The notes beneath the pieces were generated by a model. It saw only the letters and a list, made by a program, of their open reading frames with translations. It searched no databases and was not told the DNA's origin. Shown in pieces: positions 30,085 to 45,484 of a stretch of 64,000 bases of DNA. The DNA is from Schmidtea polychroa (taxonomy: Eukaryota), in assembly GCA_044892525.1 (NCBI GenBank), contig CM097885.1, forward strand, positions 36,582,001 through 36,646,000, in the 5' to 3' direction. How positions within the stretch are numbered: position 1 is the stretch's first letter; each line of letters begins with the position of its first letter. Position numbers and translations under genes: made by a program.

Positions 30085-30634
30085 TATAACGTGATGATTT
30101 CTCGGTAGCAGCATTTATTATTTAAAACAATACAGTGTTAATTTAAGCCTTTTTCTTCGAATAATGTATTTAATGAAAAAAATTTCGACTATAAGATAGT
30201 CCTTGTCAAATTGACACATATATTAAAATATTTAAATCGCATATGTAAATAGTTATTGGAAGCTTTATTTTGCAGACATTTTAAAATATTTTATTAAAGT
30301 AGGCAGGCTTTTAGGGGATAATTATAAAATCTTTAAAAATTTAAAAATTTTAGTTGGTGTCATTTTGAATTTTAAAAAAATTTTAAAAATTCCGAAAAAG
30401 AAAATTTATCATTATATATAATATTTATAACCAATGAGAAGTAAGAAAAATGAAATAAAAGAAAGATAGAAATGTATGTTCGGGAAGAAGATTGCGAAAT
30501 TCCAGCAGATTGACAAGGACTATTTTATAGTCGAAAAGTTTTTCATTAAATACATTATTCGTAGCAAAAGGCTTAAATTATCCCTTTATTGTTTTAAATA
30601 ATAAATGCTGCTACCAAGAAATCATCACTTTATA
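30085..30634 (+). mobile_element. PLE family B 3' region with an inverted 5' copy of the terminus
   Basis: 30210-30634 is collinear with 35225-35622. Segment 30085-30209 is the reverse complement of ~30510-30634. Confidence 0.85.
30506..30546 (+). ncRNA. Hammerhead-like motif with U3-A8 core (family B)
   Basis: GA-TTGACAA-G-GACTA-TTTTA-TAGTC-GAAA-AGTT-TT|TC. Same spacing as the family A motif. Confidence 0.55.
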
Positions 30635-31301
30635 CTTTGTTATTATTGTAGCTATTACTATAACTGTATTTAAAGACAATAAATAATATACTGGGGATTG
30701 TAATATTTTATATATAAATATTTTTAGTAATAATTTTATTTTGTTAGCCTTACATATATTATTAAAATTACTTTTCTCGGAGATCTTTGTCGCTAATGAT
30801 ATACGTAGGATTAATAGTAAGTCCTAAATAAACGTATTTTTCTAATATTTTTATCCTATTTCCCAACTTATCAAATTTCACATTACTATACTTCAATATT
30901 TGTGTTCTATTACTGTCATGACATGTTCGTGATAAAAGTTAATAATAAAAATGAAATAACTATTTAAAAAATAGATATAAACAAAACTAGAAATATTTCA
31001 AATTGCATTTTTACAAAATCATATATATATATATATATATATATTTAAAGAAAAATAATATAAATAAAATGTACCTATAATAATTGTGTGTGTGTGTGTG
31101 TGTAATAGCCAAATAAGGTTTAATTAAAACCATAACATTAAATGATGACTTATACTATAGGCGAATCGAATTATTCACTGTTAGAAGAAAAATAAATACA
31201 TTCACAGAAACACGGTTTACAAATGTTTTATTTTGAAACGATTAAATATAAATAAATTAGAGAATATCTCTGATACTAACTAATTTTTAATTTTCACCTA
31301 G

Positions 31302-31472
31302 ATTTTATTTAGTAAAATTGAAAATGGAGAAAGAATTAAACTTTTCTCAGCTCATGAATTTAGCAGAATGAGTTTCAATAATAGATTTTCTTCAATACAC
31401 CGATCATTTAATTTAGAACACCAAAAACCAGATTACAGTAATTTGAGAAATTACTATCATCAAATTAAAAAG
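31302..31472 (+). CDS. Candidate internal exon (57 codons, phase 0-0), product unknown
   Basis: TACTAAC branch-point motif at 31274-31280, T-rich tract, TAG acceptor, open frame ILFSKIENGERIKLF...YYHQIKK, AAG|GT donor. Confidence 0.45.
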
Positions 31473-33141
31473 GTTCGATCCTAAATTTATGAAACAATAT
31501 TCTTTAAGTGAAATGTTTTTGTGCATGTTAAAATAAATATATAAATGCCTCTTTTATCATAAAATCAAAAAAATATTTAAAAATATTTATATTAATATAA
31601 AAAAGAAAATAAATCATTTAATTACTTAAAATTTTACATTAAAAATTACCGTTAATATTAAAATTAATACAAACCTCAATTCACTAGACTTTATTTAATG
31701 TTCAATTAGCCATTATCGATTGAGCTTTAGTGTATTGTTTGGGTCAATCTTCGTGTGTATATCGTGTTTTAATTGCACTGTGTTGTGGTTGTAGTGTGTC
31801 TTATTTATAATTGGGTGTGTATGCTGGATTGTTGTGATCCGTGACAGTTGTTGAGTTCTATAGATCATATCTGATTGGATAACTCTTTTGGAATTAGTTT
31901 TTATTGACAATTTTGAATCAATAAAATTTAAATCAAATTTTTCTGGATTTTTCGAATTGAACTTTGTTTCTCTGTGTGATTTTCAAATTTTGTAACTTGC
32001 TTTATTAGAATATAATTTTTCCTGAATTTGGAATTTTTAAATGAATATTTTAAAATTAAATATTTTAGAATTTAAAAAAGATGAATCAATTTTGATACCA
32101 AAGCAAATAGCAGAAACTTTAGTGAGTAGAGAGAAGATAGAATCGATGAAGTGTAATATATGGCAAATTCTTTTAGTTATTCGACATAATATTAATCGGT
32201 ATTCACCGAGAAAGAGTAAGAATCGATCAGCGACAGGGTTTGCTTAGTTCGAATTCCAATAGAAAAGTTCAATCTAGCAAACACAAATCTAAGAATTTAA
32301 TGAATTTAAACAGAATTTATAAAGATATGCATTTCATTTCTTTAAAATATCTTGGAATTCCCGTTGAAGTTATAATCAAAAGGATTACACACAACCCTGT
32401 GTATGAAATATCCACTACTTAATAATTAACAGCAACTAATAAATATTTCAGTTGTCATGTAGATTGTTAAATGATTATTTTGAATATGTTGTTAAAAATT
32501 TTAAAACATTTTGGAAGGCAATTTAAAATTGACTAAATATTTTATGGACACTCATTGGATTTTATTGATATATTCTGCTTTGGATGCGCAATGGAATTAT
32601 ACGTGAGATGAAAGTTAAAAAAACATGTATGATAAAGTGCAAAGTTTTAAATTCAAATTTAAATTTGCATTTATTTAAAAAATGGTCACATGCTTTTAAC
32701 ATAAACCAGGGTAGGATGAATTGAAATTTACCATAAGTTTAATGATTTTACAGGAAAGGTTATCAATGATTCTGTTATAGAATTGAATAGCAAATCTTTT
32801 TATTTGCTTTATCTAATAAAGAAAGTCAAGTTTTTAAAATCTTTGGCGATCTCAACTTTTCCAAAAATTATTTCAAAAGTAGCTCCAATAAAATAATCAG
32901 TTTCAGGTTTATCTAAAAAATCTGAAGTCAAAATTTTTTTAAAAGTGTTTTGAACAGAGACACCTATTGAAAGATCCTACAACCAAAATTATTCGATGGA
33001 CATAATCTCACATTTTTTAAAAAAAATGATATAATAAATTGAATCACGACTTAATGGATAATGAACTAATATAGAATTCATCAAACGCAACTGGTTAATC
33101 TGCAACTTCCCTTTTGGACAAAATCGTAAGACATGATTGGC

Positions 33142-33206
<65 letters not shown>

Positions 33207-33755
33207 AACATATTTAAACACATTTTATAAAACAAATATTATAATAACTAAAATAGGAATTCGACAAAGGAACAAAAGTTTATTTTCAAAATTAAAAAGC
33301 CAAAATCACAAAAAAATTCAAAAACAAAACAATTTTCTTCCAAAATCTAAAATTCAAAAAACCAAGTTCGATCAAACAAAGAATGTTTGTCTAGAGATAA
33401 AGGAAAAATTATAATTCTGAACAAAACTCAAAAGCCAATAGATTTAAATAAAACATTGCCTCACATCTGTGTATGCACTTAACAAAAAGTAAAAAAAAAT
33501 CCCACGCAGACGCGAAAACAGAAATTGAACATCAACATTTTCGAACCACAATGAAATAATTATCAACGAATCCAAATCTGAAAATAACTACAACAACGTC
33601 ATACAAGGGTCCACTTCTTACGATGGGGGCTATTGTAATGTTTAAGTGGACTAATTTAAAGAACATCAAAGAATTATTTAATAATTAAAAACTAATTTTT
33701 ATATAATAAATTTTAATAATTTTGTCTAAATGAATTTTATATTAATAGCCACCCT

Positions 33756-35875
<2,120 letters not shown>

Positions 35876-37344
35876 TCTAACCAATAAAATCTTTTAATTT
35901 CATTCTAAACCTGCATTTTATCATTTTGATCAAAACGACAAAATTTCATCTTCTAGAAATTTCGTTATATAAAAATTGAAAAAAATTTTTATTCATTATA
36001 TAAAGATTAACTATAATAGGATTTGTATAGTTGAAAAATTAAATAATTTTACATAAAGAATGTTTAAATCGATTTAATTGTTTTATTTTTATAAATAAGA
36101 ATTAAAACAATAACTATTTTAAAATTTTATTTTATTTTGTTATTCTTTGCAATAGTGAATATTTCTGATAATTATTTAACAATTATTTGTTTTCAAATCG
36201 TATTAAATATGGTTTCTTATTTTAGTTTTAAATAATTCAATTCAATTAAACCTAAATATTTGCGCCTCTAATTAAAAGAAGATTACTGTAAACTCTAAAA
36301 TGCAAGAATTGTCTGGAAAAAAATGATACAAAATTATGACGCATCAATATATCTGTAAAATCATTTAATTTACTTCTTTTATTTGACAATATATAAATTC
36401 TTTTATTTATTTATTTTTTTCATAATTCTTCATTTATACATAAAAATAATTTGATTACTATATAAAATATTAAAAAATTCAAAAAAAAATAAATGAATAA
36501 AAAATCTTTTGAAAAGTTAATTTAAATAGAAATAGGATTTAGAAATAGTACAACTTTAAAAAAATCATATTTAATTGCTGTTATATATATTTATAGACAG
36601 TTATATATTTATATTTATTAACTTGTTTATGGGAGCTTGATAGTTTTAGATATTTCATGGCATTTTCAGGCGCCAGTCATACTTTTCCACAAATATTAAG
36701 TACCATGGAATGTTAACATTCCAAATGACAAATAAAATTCAATACTAATAAAACCAAAAATCTGACGCCCTATAAATAATAAGTTTAAAATTAGACATTA
36801 TTTTATTCAACATTATCATCTCTCACTAAACATCAAACAACAATTTCAGAGAGTGACCCCCTTTATGGTAAATTGAGCAATGTTCAAATCTTAATGACTT
36901 TTAATATGTGTAAGATATATTATAAGAAAGAATAATTACTAAAAAAGAACTCAGTTAATATTATCCTGAATCAAATATAATAAATTACTTTCTCCTGGAT
37001 GCTGCTGTGTGAGTTTTATGACTAAAGATAAGAATAAATGAGCAATCAAAAGATTTGATACCTTCACTATCTTTTATCGTTGATTGACAGTCAAAACCTT
37101 CCACCACTGCACCACTCAGAGGCGAAAAGATGAAATACTTTTGCAAATGCAGGAAACAGTGAGACTAATTACTTGAAGAAAATTTCCAATAATTTGAGAT
37201 ACAATTTATTATATGGAAATTTTACAATATCCCTGTTGATTTTTTGACAGTGGGATAATTATCTGCTTCGAAAGGTTTTGTTATAAAATGTTGTGTTAAA
37301 ATTTCATTTTGCATCAAAATAGCCTAATTCATTAATATTCATGT

Positions 37345-37870
37345 TAAAAATGTTCATTTTTTGTAATCATATAAAACTTATTTTAATTTTAAATATAAAA
37401 AAATCAATTTTAAATTAATTTTAATTTTAAAAAAGTAAATAAAATATAAATTTAAATTTAAAAATTAAAAATTGTTTTCATACAAAAATATTTTACAAAC
37501 AACACAATCATCCCAAATATTAAATATACAAGTTAAATTATATTTAATATTTGGAATGATGTTGTTTGTAAAAATCTTTAGTATAAAATCTATTTTTAAT
37601 TTTTAAATTAATTTTTAATTTTATTTTTAAAAAGCTTTTTTATATAGGAATGTTAACAACTTTTGTGCGTTTTTTAAATTAAAATAAGTTTTATATGATT
37701 AAAAAAATGTTTTTCAAAATTTTATTAAAATATCTTTTTGCAACAGTTTGATTACGATTATTAGTTGATCTTTTAGAATATTATTATTTTTATTTTGTTG
37801 TGATTAATAAGGATTCTTAGCCTGAAGACGACTGTTAAATTGTCGAAATATATCAATTTTATATTTTAAT
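37345..37870 (+). mobile_element. Old foldback (imperfect palindrome ~37345-37715) followed by a degenerate hammerhead motif; probable PLE pLTR remnant
   Basis: Arms include CATATAAAACTTATTTTAATTT / AAATTAAAATAAGTTTTATATG. CTGAAGA-C-GAC..GTC-GAAA-TATA-TC at 37822-37854. Confidence 0.6.
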
Positions 37871-39422
37871 ATACTTAGTTGTCAATTTTCTATTATTAAA
37901 TTATCTTTTTTCTTTATCACGTGTTTTTTACATCATAACACTTTTGAATAATTTTGAATTCATCGAATATCATACATATTTTTTTGCTTATAGCAGACTG
38001 AAACTGGAAATGATGTGAAACTACATTTTAATTCATAGGATAAATACACATTCATAAACATAAAGACAAACAGAGAGTAGATAAATGTTATGGGCAGAAT
38101 TTGTTTTTAATTATATTAATTTTAAATTTAATTTACTGAACTTTTTTTACTGAACGTTGTTTCGATAAATTAAAAATAAAATCACTTAATTTGAGAATTA
38201 TTTTAAAAATATTTTCCTATTAATAATTTTAGATTAACGCTACAAAAATATTCAAATTTTTGCAAATAACAAAATTTATTTCTACTTTTAAATTTCACTT
38301 ACCAATTCAGAGATTATCTCTTAGAAAAATCGTATTTGGTCGGTAAAATTTGTTATGGTAATTATTATTATTTAAATATAAAGATTAGGATAAAATAATT
38401 TTGTTTTACTATTTTAATAAATAACTGGTAAATAAAAAAAATAGAAATAAATATAAATAGAATGAAAAATTTAAAAATTAATATTTAGTAAAATTTATTA
38501 TTATAACAATAAATTCTTAGAAACCTTTATATAATTGTAAAGCCGAAAATTTGTTCAGCATAGAATTAATATTTGATCTTTTGTCAAAATGAAAATTTAT
38601 GAAATATCAGAAAAAGAACAATCATATTTATCTTTTGGTTTTACCTTTGATTTTTTTTTAATTCAATAAGTTTCATATTAATGTTTGTAAGTCTATATAG
38701 CTCAAAATGATATATAAGGTACCCGATATTTCAACACAGCCTTTATCAAGTGTGTAATTAAAAGTATTATTTAAAATACTTATAAAGGTCAGTACTCATT
38801 TGTGAGGGTATTTAGAATCATCTTTACTACAACATTTGCATTATGAATTCTCAATCAAAGATCTCTTGATAGTTTTTCTTGAATTGAATAATAATTGTCT
38901 TGAATTGGTTATAATTTATATTTGGTTATAATAATTATATATAAAAATAATTTCTCCCTGGTAACTATTTTAAAATGTGAAGCAATTATAAGTAAAAAAG
39001 GTTTATGAAATCTCATGAGGATAAAAAGACTGAGTTTCAAAAAAGTTGAATTGTGAGAAGAAATATGAACGTGACACTCCAATCCATTCATAATCATATG
39101 TTCTTGGTTGGATTCCAATTGAAGGGTCTTGCAATTCGGTAAAACCTTGCAATTATTGCAAGAATTCTCGATTGATTTGGACTATTATTTCGTTGCACCA
39201 ACTTAAAATAACACAGCCGTTATGGTAAAGTATGAAATAATTATTAAAGCTTCTAGCAAACCTTGTTATAATCACAAAATACACTGAACTTTCGTCGAAA
39301 TTTTTAATATATAAAAAAATTATATTTAGAAAGGGTAGCAAATCTGAGGATTATAGTGGAGAAAATAAATACTTTGATAAATACTTGAGGAATACGAAAA
39401 TGATTATAATGAAATTAATTTT

Positions 39423-39572
39423 TAAAGTGATGATTTCTTGGTAGCAGCATTTATTATTTAAAACAATAAAGTGATAATTTAAACATTTTGCTGCAAATAT
39501 TATTGTCAAAAACTTTTCATTAAATACATTATTTGCAGCTTAGGCTTAGATTATTACTTTATTGTTTTAAAT
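39423..39572. mobile_element. Family B foldback mini-element (diverged)
   Basis: AAAGTGATGATTTCTTGGTAGCAGCATTTATT..., followed by an inverted arm. Confidence 0.8.
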
Positions 39573-40455
39573 TAATTTTTATTATGATAAAAACTTTAAT
39601 TTCGCTTTTTTACATAGTAAATCGCAAGTGACGATTCATTCAGAATTTGGTCAAGCGATTTGGGAAACACGAAAACCAATATGTTTTTTTCAAAACATCC
39701 AAACTGAGAAATAAAATATAGGTAGCTTCTAGGTATACATACATCTAATGGGCTTCAACAAATTAATGTTAATTTCTCGGGGCTACTATGTCCTAGGTTG
39801 CTTTATGGACAGGCTTATTTGATGTGGCTATTTTGTGTTGGGCCATTTTGACGAGTTACCATTTTCTAAAACATTATTAGTTCCAATTAATCTGTTGTTA
39901 TATTCGACTATGTGGTTATTAGAGAAGCGATTAATTTGGGATTCCTTGTTCTTATCTGAGTTCTTTCTTTAGTTCAATGATTTATTGGCTACCCAGCCTG
40001 TTGTCATCCACAATATAGTCTCTCCCTTCCTTGAATCATTATTTCAATTCAAACCACTTCATTACACATTTGATCGACTTATTTTTCCTAATTATCAACA
40101 GAATTCACAATGAAACAATACAGTGAATAATAAGTGCAGTTGATAATCAGGGAATTTATTATTCAATCTCCTCAAAAACTTAATTTCCACACCTCACAAA
40201 AGTAATTTAGTATTTCCAATATAATTTAAAATAGTTTGAATTACAGATATCAGAATAATAATTATAATTGTAGATTTTGTGCTGATATTTAAAAAAACTA
40301 AAAAAATATTTATTAATTTTATTTATAATTATTTATTGTATTTAAAAAAAATTTAATTTCACATACAATTTATTCATTTTCCAAAATTTTATTTTATAAT
40401 ATAACGAATTTTTAAAATATATATATTATTAAAATTCAATTTATGATTGTAAAAT

Positions 40456-40924
40456 CAGTGCTCGAAGTGAGGCGGGATAGCCGGGATATTATCCCGGCAT
40501 TGATTATGTAGGCGGAATTGCATCCCGGCACTTCATTTCATATAATCTATAGGTTTATCCCGGTACTTATTTCATTTTATAGGCACACAAATATTGCAAT
40601 TAAGGTCACACATAGTACATCCATATATGTTTGTATATATATATTCTTTATTCTCTATTCTCTATTCAATTAAGAATTTCCCAAGCAGCAGTAATGGATA
40701 GGTAGGTATATTCTCTTATTTATTTTAGTTAAACCAGCAAGTTGTTTGTTGAGTTATTTATACTGCGACCCCCTCTATATATAATGTGTCTATATATAAA
40801 ATTTGTTGGACACCCCCCAAAGTTTTGCAACACACCCAACTGAAAATTTCTGCATAAAAGCCTGGAATCCCGGGTGCCACAGCATGCCTATCCCGCCACA
40901 TATTTTGTTCCACTTCGAGCACTG
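40456..40924. mobile_element. Non-autonomous hAT element (MITE)
   Basis: Perfect 14-bp TIR CAGTGCTCGAAGTG / CACTTCGAGCACTG. Perfect 8-bp TSD TGTAAAAT. Repeated ATCCCG subterminal motifs. Confidence 0.93.
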
Positions 40925-43282
40925 TGTAAAATGAAATATATTGAATTTCATTGGATAAAATTAATTAAATTAAAATAATGAATGAATTTTCATTACATCA
41001 ATTATAAATAGCCTAAGCAACACTAATCAAATGATAATTATTAATATTTGATTATAAAGTGATCATGGTTATTATTTATCTTTAATAAAAAAATGAAAAT
41101 TAAACATGAGATTATGTTATTTTCTACTTGACATTTTTCATTGATAAAAATCTTGGAATGATGATAAATTTAGTGGTTGCTCTTCAATAGAAAAGAAAAT
41201 AAATGTCAGATAAATATTTGAAATTATGAAATATTCCTTAATTTTTAGGGTTTGTATTTATGATAGCAATGACAGAATAACATGTGCAAATGCAATCAGT
41301 TTTAATTCAATTAATATCTTTCCATTTTTGATAACATTTGTTTCCGAGGTTTTTTAGTTGTTTTTCTTCTAGATTAACTTAAATTATCAAACAAATATCA
41401 AAATAGCTAAATCTACTAATAGCCTTCGTCAAGAAATCATAATAATTATATAATATATTTAATTAATTTTTATTAATTTGACTAATTCAAAAAAAATTAA
41501 AGAACGTTTTACTTTTAATTAAATGACACATTTACAAGCAAAATCACTGGTTACATTCTATTCACATTTTATTATTATATTTATAAACAGTCACAAATAC
41601 ATTTTACTTTATGGGAGGGCAATGCCTTTTAGAATTTTAGTATATGACAATTTTCACAATGATACGCTTATTTTCATTTAAGGCAATTTAATGAACCTTT
41701 CATTTCAGAAAACGTCTGTAAAACTCAGTCATGGTAGTTCCTGGAAGAAAAGTAGTTGAGTTTCATTATCTATTTTCATATACACACGCTATCTACATGT
41801 CTAAATGTTTACATCTTATTCTGAACCTATAACAAACATAAAATATTGTATTAATAAAAGTTAAATATATAAATATTATTGTGCTTCACAGTTTGACATA
41901 GATTGATAAATATTTATTTTATGCAAATGATTAAAGATTAGCAATTTCCCATTTTTTTGAAAAAACCCCTGAGTTTCAACTTTTGAAATGCACTTTAAAT
42001 ATCCATAGAGTTTGTTTATTAATAACAAATAAAATAATAAAATAAATAAAAAGTAACCAAAACAAGTATTATAATAGATTAAGTAAAAATACGTCAAAAA
42101 ATTTATTAATAAAAAATATGTGTGTCATTAGGATAAATAATAAACAATGACATAATCTGAAAACCCTGACAATCAAGATAATCAATCAAAATGTATGCAT
42201 TCATATACATTAATTATAAGGATTAACATAACAATATAAAGGAGACAAGGAAATCATATATTACAATACAAATACATCACAAGTATAAACACACAACTAG
42301 AAAATATTTTATTCTTATCGACTTTTATTTAGGTTTTTGCAATTTTTCACCGTAAGAATGTTAACAAAATGAATAAAATTTTAATTAATTATCAATAAAT
42401 TAATATCTAAAATCAATTTTAATAAATAAAATTTTAAAAATTATATAATTAATTTTAAAAATGATTTAGTAATAAAAATCTTAAATATTTATATTATGCG
42501 CGTATTTATTTCAAATACTCAAATTCATCTAAATGATTTTTAATATTACTGTTATAATTGGAAATTGAAGCAAAATTATTAAATTTTTGAATTTAAGTAA
42601 GACAAAAAGAAAAATATAATAAAGAAAATATATTTTTAAACCTAATAATTTGAAATTTCAAATAAATTAATTTAATTTATAAATAAGAAAATAAAAAAAT
42701 TGTCGGAATAAATTAAATTACTCAAAGGCTAAAAACAAATCTAAAAATATGATTAAATTTCAATAATTTTCACGATTTAATCTTAAATTAGAAAATTGTA
42801 ATATAAATCCTTTATGCATTTTCACGGGATATTAGATAGGATTTATTTTGTATCAATATTTTTGATATTAATTTACTAATTCATAAAATAATAAATATTT
42901 TAGTAAAGATTATTCATGAAAGTGCCACATGTATTAATTTACATTGTATTATATTTACAATCGTTTTTTAAAAAAAACATTCATGATTTTCCATATTTTA
43001 AAAATAATAAATTTCAAATAAATTATAAAATATTAAACATATTTGTGTTATTATGTGTTAAAATTAACAAAAAATCTTCGCAGCTGGAAATCTAATAAGC
43101 TAGAAAGTTAAAATATAGTTTTCGAATGATTTTGTAAAGATAAAGCTAAACATTTCCCTCGTTCATGATTCTTCAATAAAAAGCATTTCAAACTTGGATG
43201 ATAGCAAAACCATATGGAGACTATCTCGCAGAAATCAACAGCAAACCTATAAAAGAGAAAAGAAATATATTTTATTTTATTA

Positions 43283-43470
43283 TAAGAACTTCTTTCCTTT
43301 CAATTGAAATTGCATTTATTAAAAAATTGACTATAAATCTGTAAAGATATCGATGTTTTTTAATATATTCACGAATTTTTTAAAGTGAAAAATGCTGTGC
43401 CCTACATTTATGAATATCGAAAAACATCGATATCTTTACTGATTCATAGTCGAGGTTTTTAATAAATACT
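43283..43470. mobile_element. Family C foldback element (diverged)
   Basis: GACTATAAATCTGTAAAGATATCGATGTTTTT and its inverse AAAAACATCGATATCTTTACTGATTCATAGTC. Confidence 0.75.
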
Positions 43471-43599
43471 TTCATTTGTTGATAATGCATCAGCCGTTTC
43501 TAATATCTAAAGTTACAAGATTTATGATTTCTGAAAGTATTTGTTCAATTAATGTAATTTTTATCAATTAATCTAGATTTCAAATTTTATAGTTCTTTC

Positions 43600-43706
<107 letters not shown>

Positions 43707-43863
43707 TTGCATATGCTAAGACCCTACATAATTTTATCCCAAACCGGCGGATGTGGAAAATTCATCGTAACTGGAAATTGTTCTTGGTCTTTGTAAGGAG
43801 TCTTCAAAATTTAAACGAACCATTGTTCACAAAATACTATAAATTATGATTTTATTATTAAAG

Positions 43864-44004
43864 GTGCAATGGAGAAAATTTTCTCTATACATGGTCGGGT
43901 GAAGGAAGCAATATTTGTGATCATTGTTTGAATATACGGCAGAAATATGGTGCTGATAGATATGTCAATGATTCTTATATAAAACATTTATTTGTTTTTT
44001 CAAA
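43864..44004 (+). CDS. Candidate internal exon (141 nt, phase 2-2), Cys-containing
   Basis: AAG|GTGC...TCAAA|GTAAAT. Reads CNGENFLYTWSGEGSNICDHCLNIRQKYGADRYVNDSYIKHLFVFS. Less AT-rich than its flanks. Confidence 0.35.
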
Positions 44005-45187
44005 GTAAATCTTTTCAAAAATTCCAAAAATGTAATAATTTGTGATTAATTATCTGAGGGATTCATAAGTTTTATTTGTCAAGCAACTGATTTCGTAAAT
44101 TAAAGTAAGAAACAAATTATATTCAGATTAACAATAAGTATCGTTTCTAGAAATATTTTTCTACTTACAAGAATAAGCAGTATATAAAATGTTTCAGCTA
44201 TTTTTACAACGCTAACAAAACTTTATCTACAAAAGCAACAATAAAATGTGTAAAAATATTAGTAAATTGTCAATTTTACTCTTGAATTATGATTCCAAAC
44301 TAATATTTCATTTTAGTTAAAGAATTAGAGTCCTTATATTGAAACATTGAAGGTCTAGATTCTGATTTTTGGTATAATTACAGTATAAATATTTTTGGAT
44401 ACATCATGTTATAATTATAATTGCTTTATTTATTACCGGTTCAGTCATTGTTACCTCTCCCATTTTAACTAACCAAAAAAATCGTGTTTTATTAAATAAT
44501 ATTTAATATAAATAAAACCAATTGTTGGGAGTCTATATGAATAATCATTGCATCACTTTTATTTATTTTCGTATTACCTTACTTCACCTAATGAATAAAG
44601 GTTTCTGGGTAAAATAAAATACATAAAATAGTATAGAAATTGTTTTCTTGATAATTGTAAATAAATTTTAAAACTTAAAATTTTTCAAAAACAATTTTAT
44701 TAACCCAGTAAAAAGAACATTTTGACCCGGAAAGCTATGTACACTTTAAAAAGTTTTTTCCAATAAGTAATTTTATTTATAATTTCATTTTATATTTTTA
44801 TTTGCAACATTCCGCATTTTATTATTTTTTTTCTGGATTTCAATTGTGATAAAAGGAGTACTGTAATTTTAAACGACACTTTAATATTTTAATTTTATAA
44901 ACTACTATTAGCTTATTTAATAATATAAATATAAACAATAAAAATAATAATATTTCTTAAAACGACCAAATTTGCGTGTTGCTTGAGTTCCGATTCCATT
45001 TCCTTAAAATCCAGCTTCATTTTCTTAGTGAATTAATTACATTGGCTTCACAATATATATTGCCAAATTCAACAACCAAGCTTATTTCTGTCAAAATGTT
45101 TCCCAATTTTTATCAAATTATAACAATTATGACAATTATGACAATAAATATTAATTTATCAAAGAACTTATTCTAACTTTATATATT

Positions 45188-45411
45188 ATAAGAACTTTTA
45201 TTTCTTTCAATTTCACCACTGATTACTTTGTCCATTTAATTTATTAAAAAGAGAGTTTGAAGACTATAAATCAGTAATGTATCGATATTTGTTGATATTC
45301 ACGAATTTTCGGCACTTGAAAATTCACTTGAAAAAGGCAATGCCGAAAATACGTGAGTATCAAGAAACATCGATATATTACTGATTTATAGTCTTCAAAC
45401 TCTCTTTTTAA
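45188..45411. mobile_element. Family C foldback element, followed by (CA)n(TA)n
   Basis: Inverted arms of ~70 bp (ATTAAAAAGAGAGTTTGAAGACTATAAATCAGTAAT...) around a central hammerhead-like motif. Confidence 0.85.
45322..45358 (+). ncRNA. Ultra-minimal hammerhead-like motif with U3-A8 core (family C)
   Basis: ATTCAC-TTGAAAA-A-GGC-AAT-GCC-GAAA-AT-AC|GTGAGT. The inverted arm (45300-45315) reads GCC-GAAA-AT-TC|GTG. Confidence 0.55.
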
Positions 45412-45414
45412 TAT

Positions 45415-45484
<70 letters not shown>

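Noticed and set aside
31700..32800. Possible LINE 5' UTR and decayed ORF1 (ORFs 32041 and 32240; MRNGIIREMKV)
   Set aside because: Too degenerate; no zinc knuckle, endonuclease or RT motif could be confirmed.
38780..39341. Looked for a parent ORF upstream of the family C motif at 38722(-); SCNNCK..C seen
   Set aside because: No GIY-YIG or RT motifs, and all frames are interrupted.
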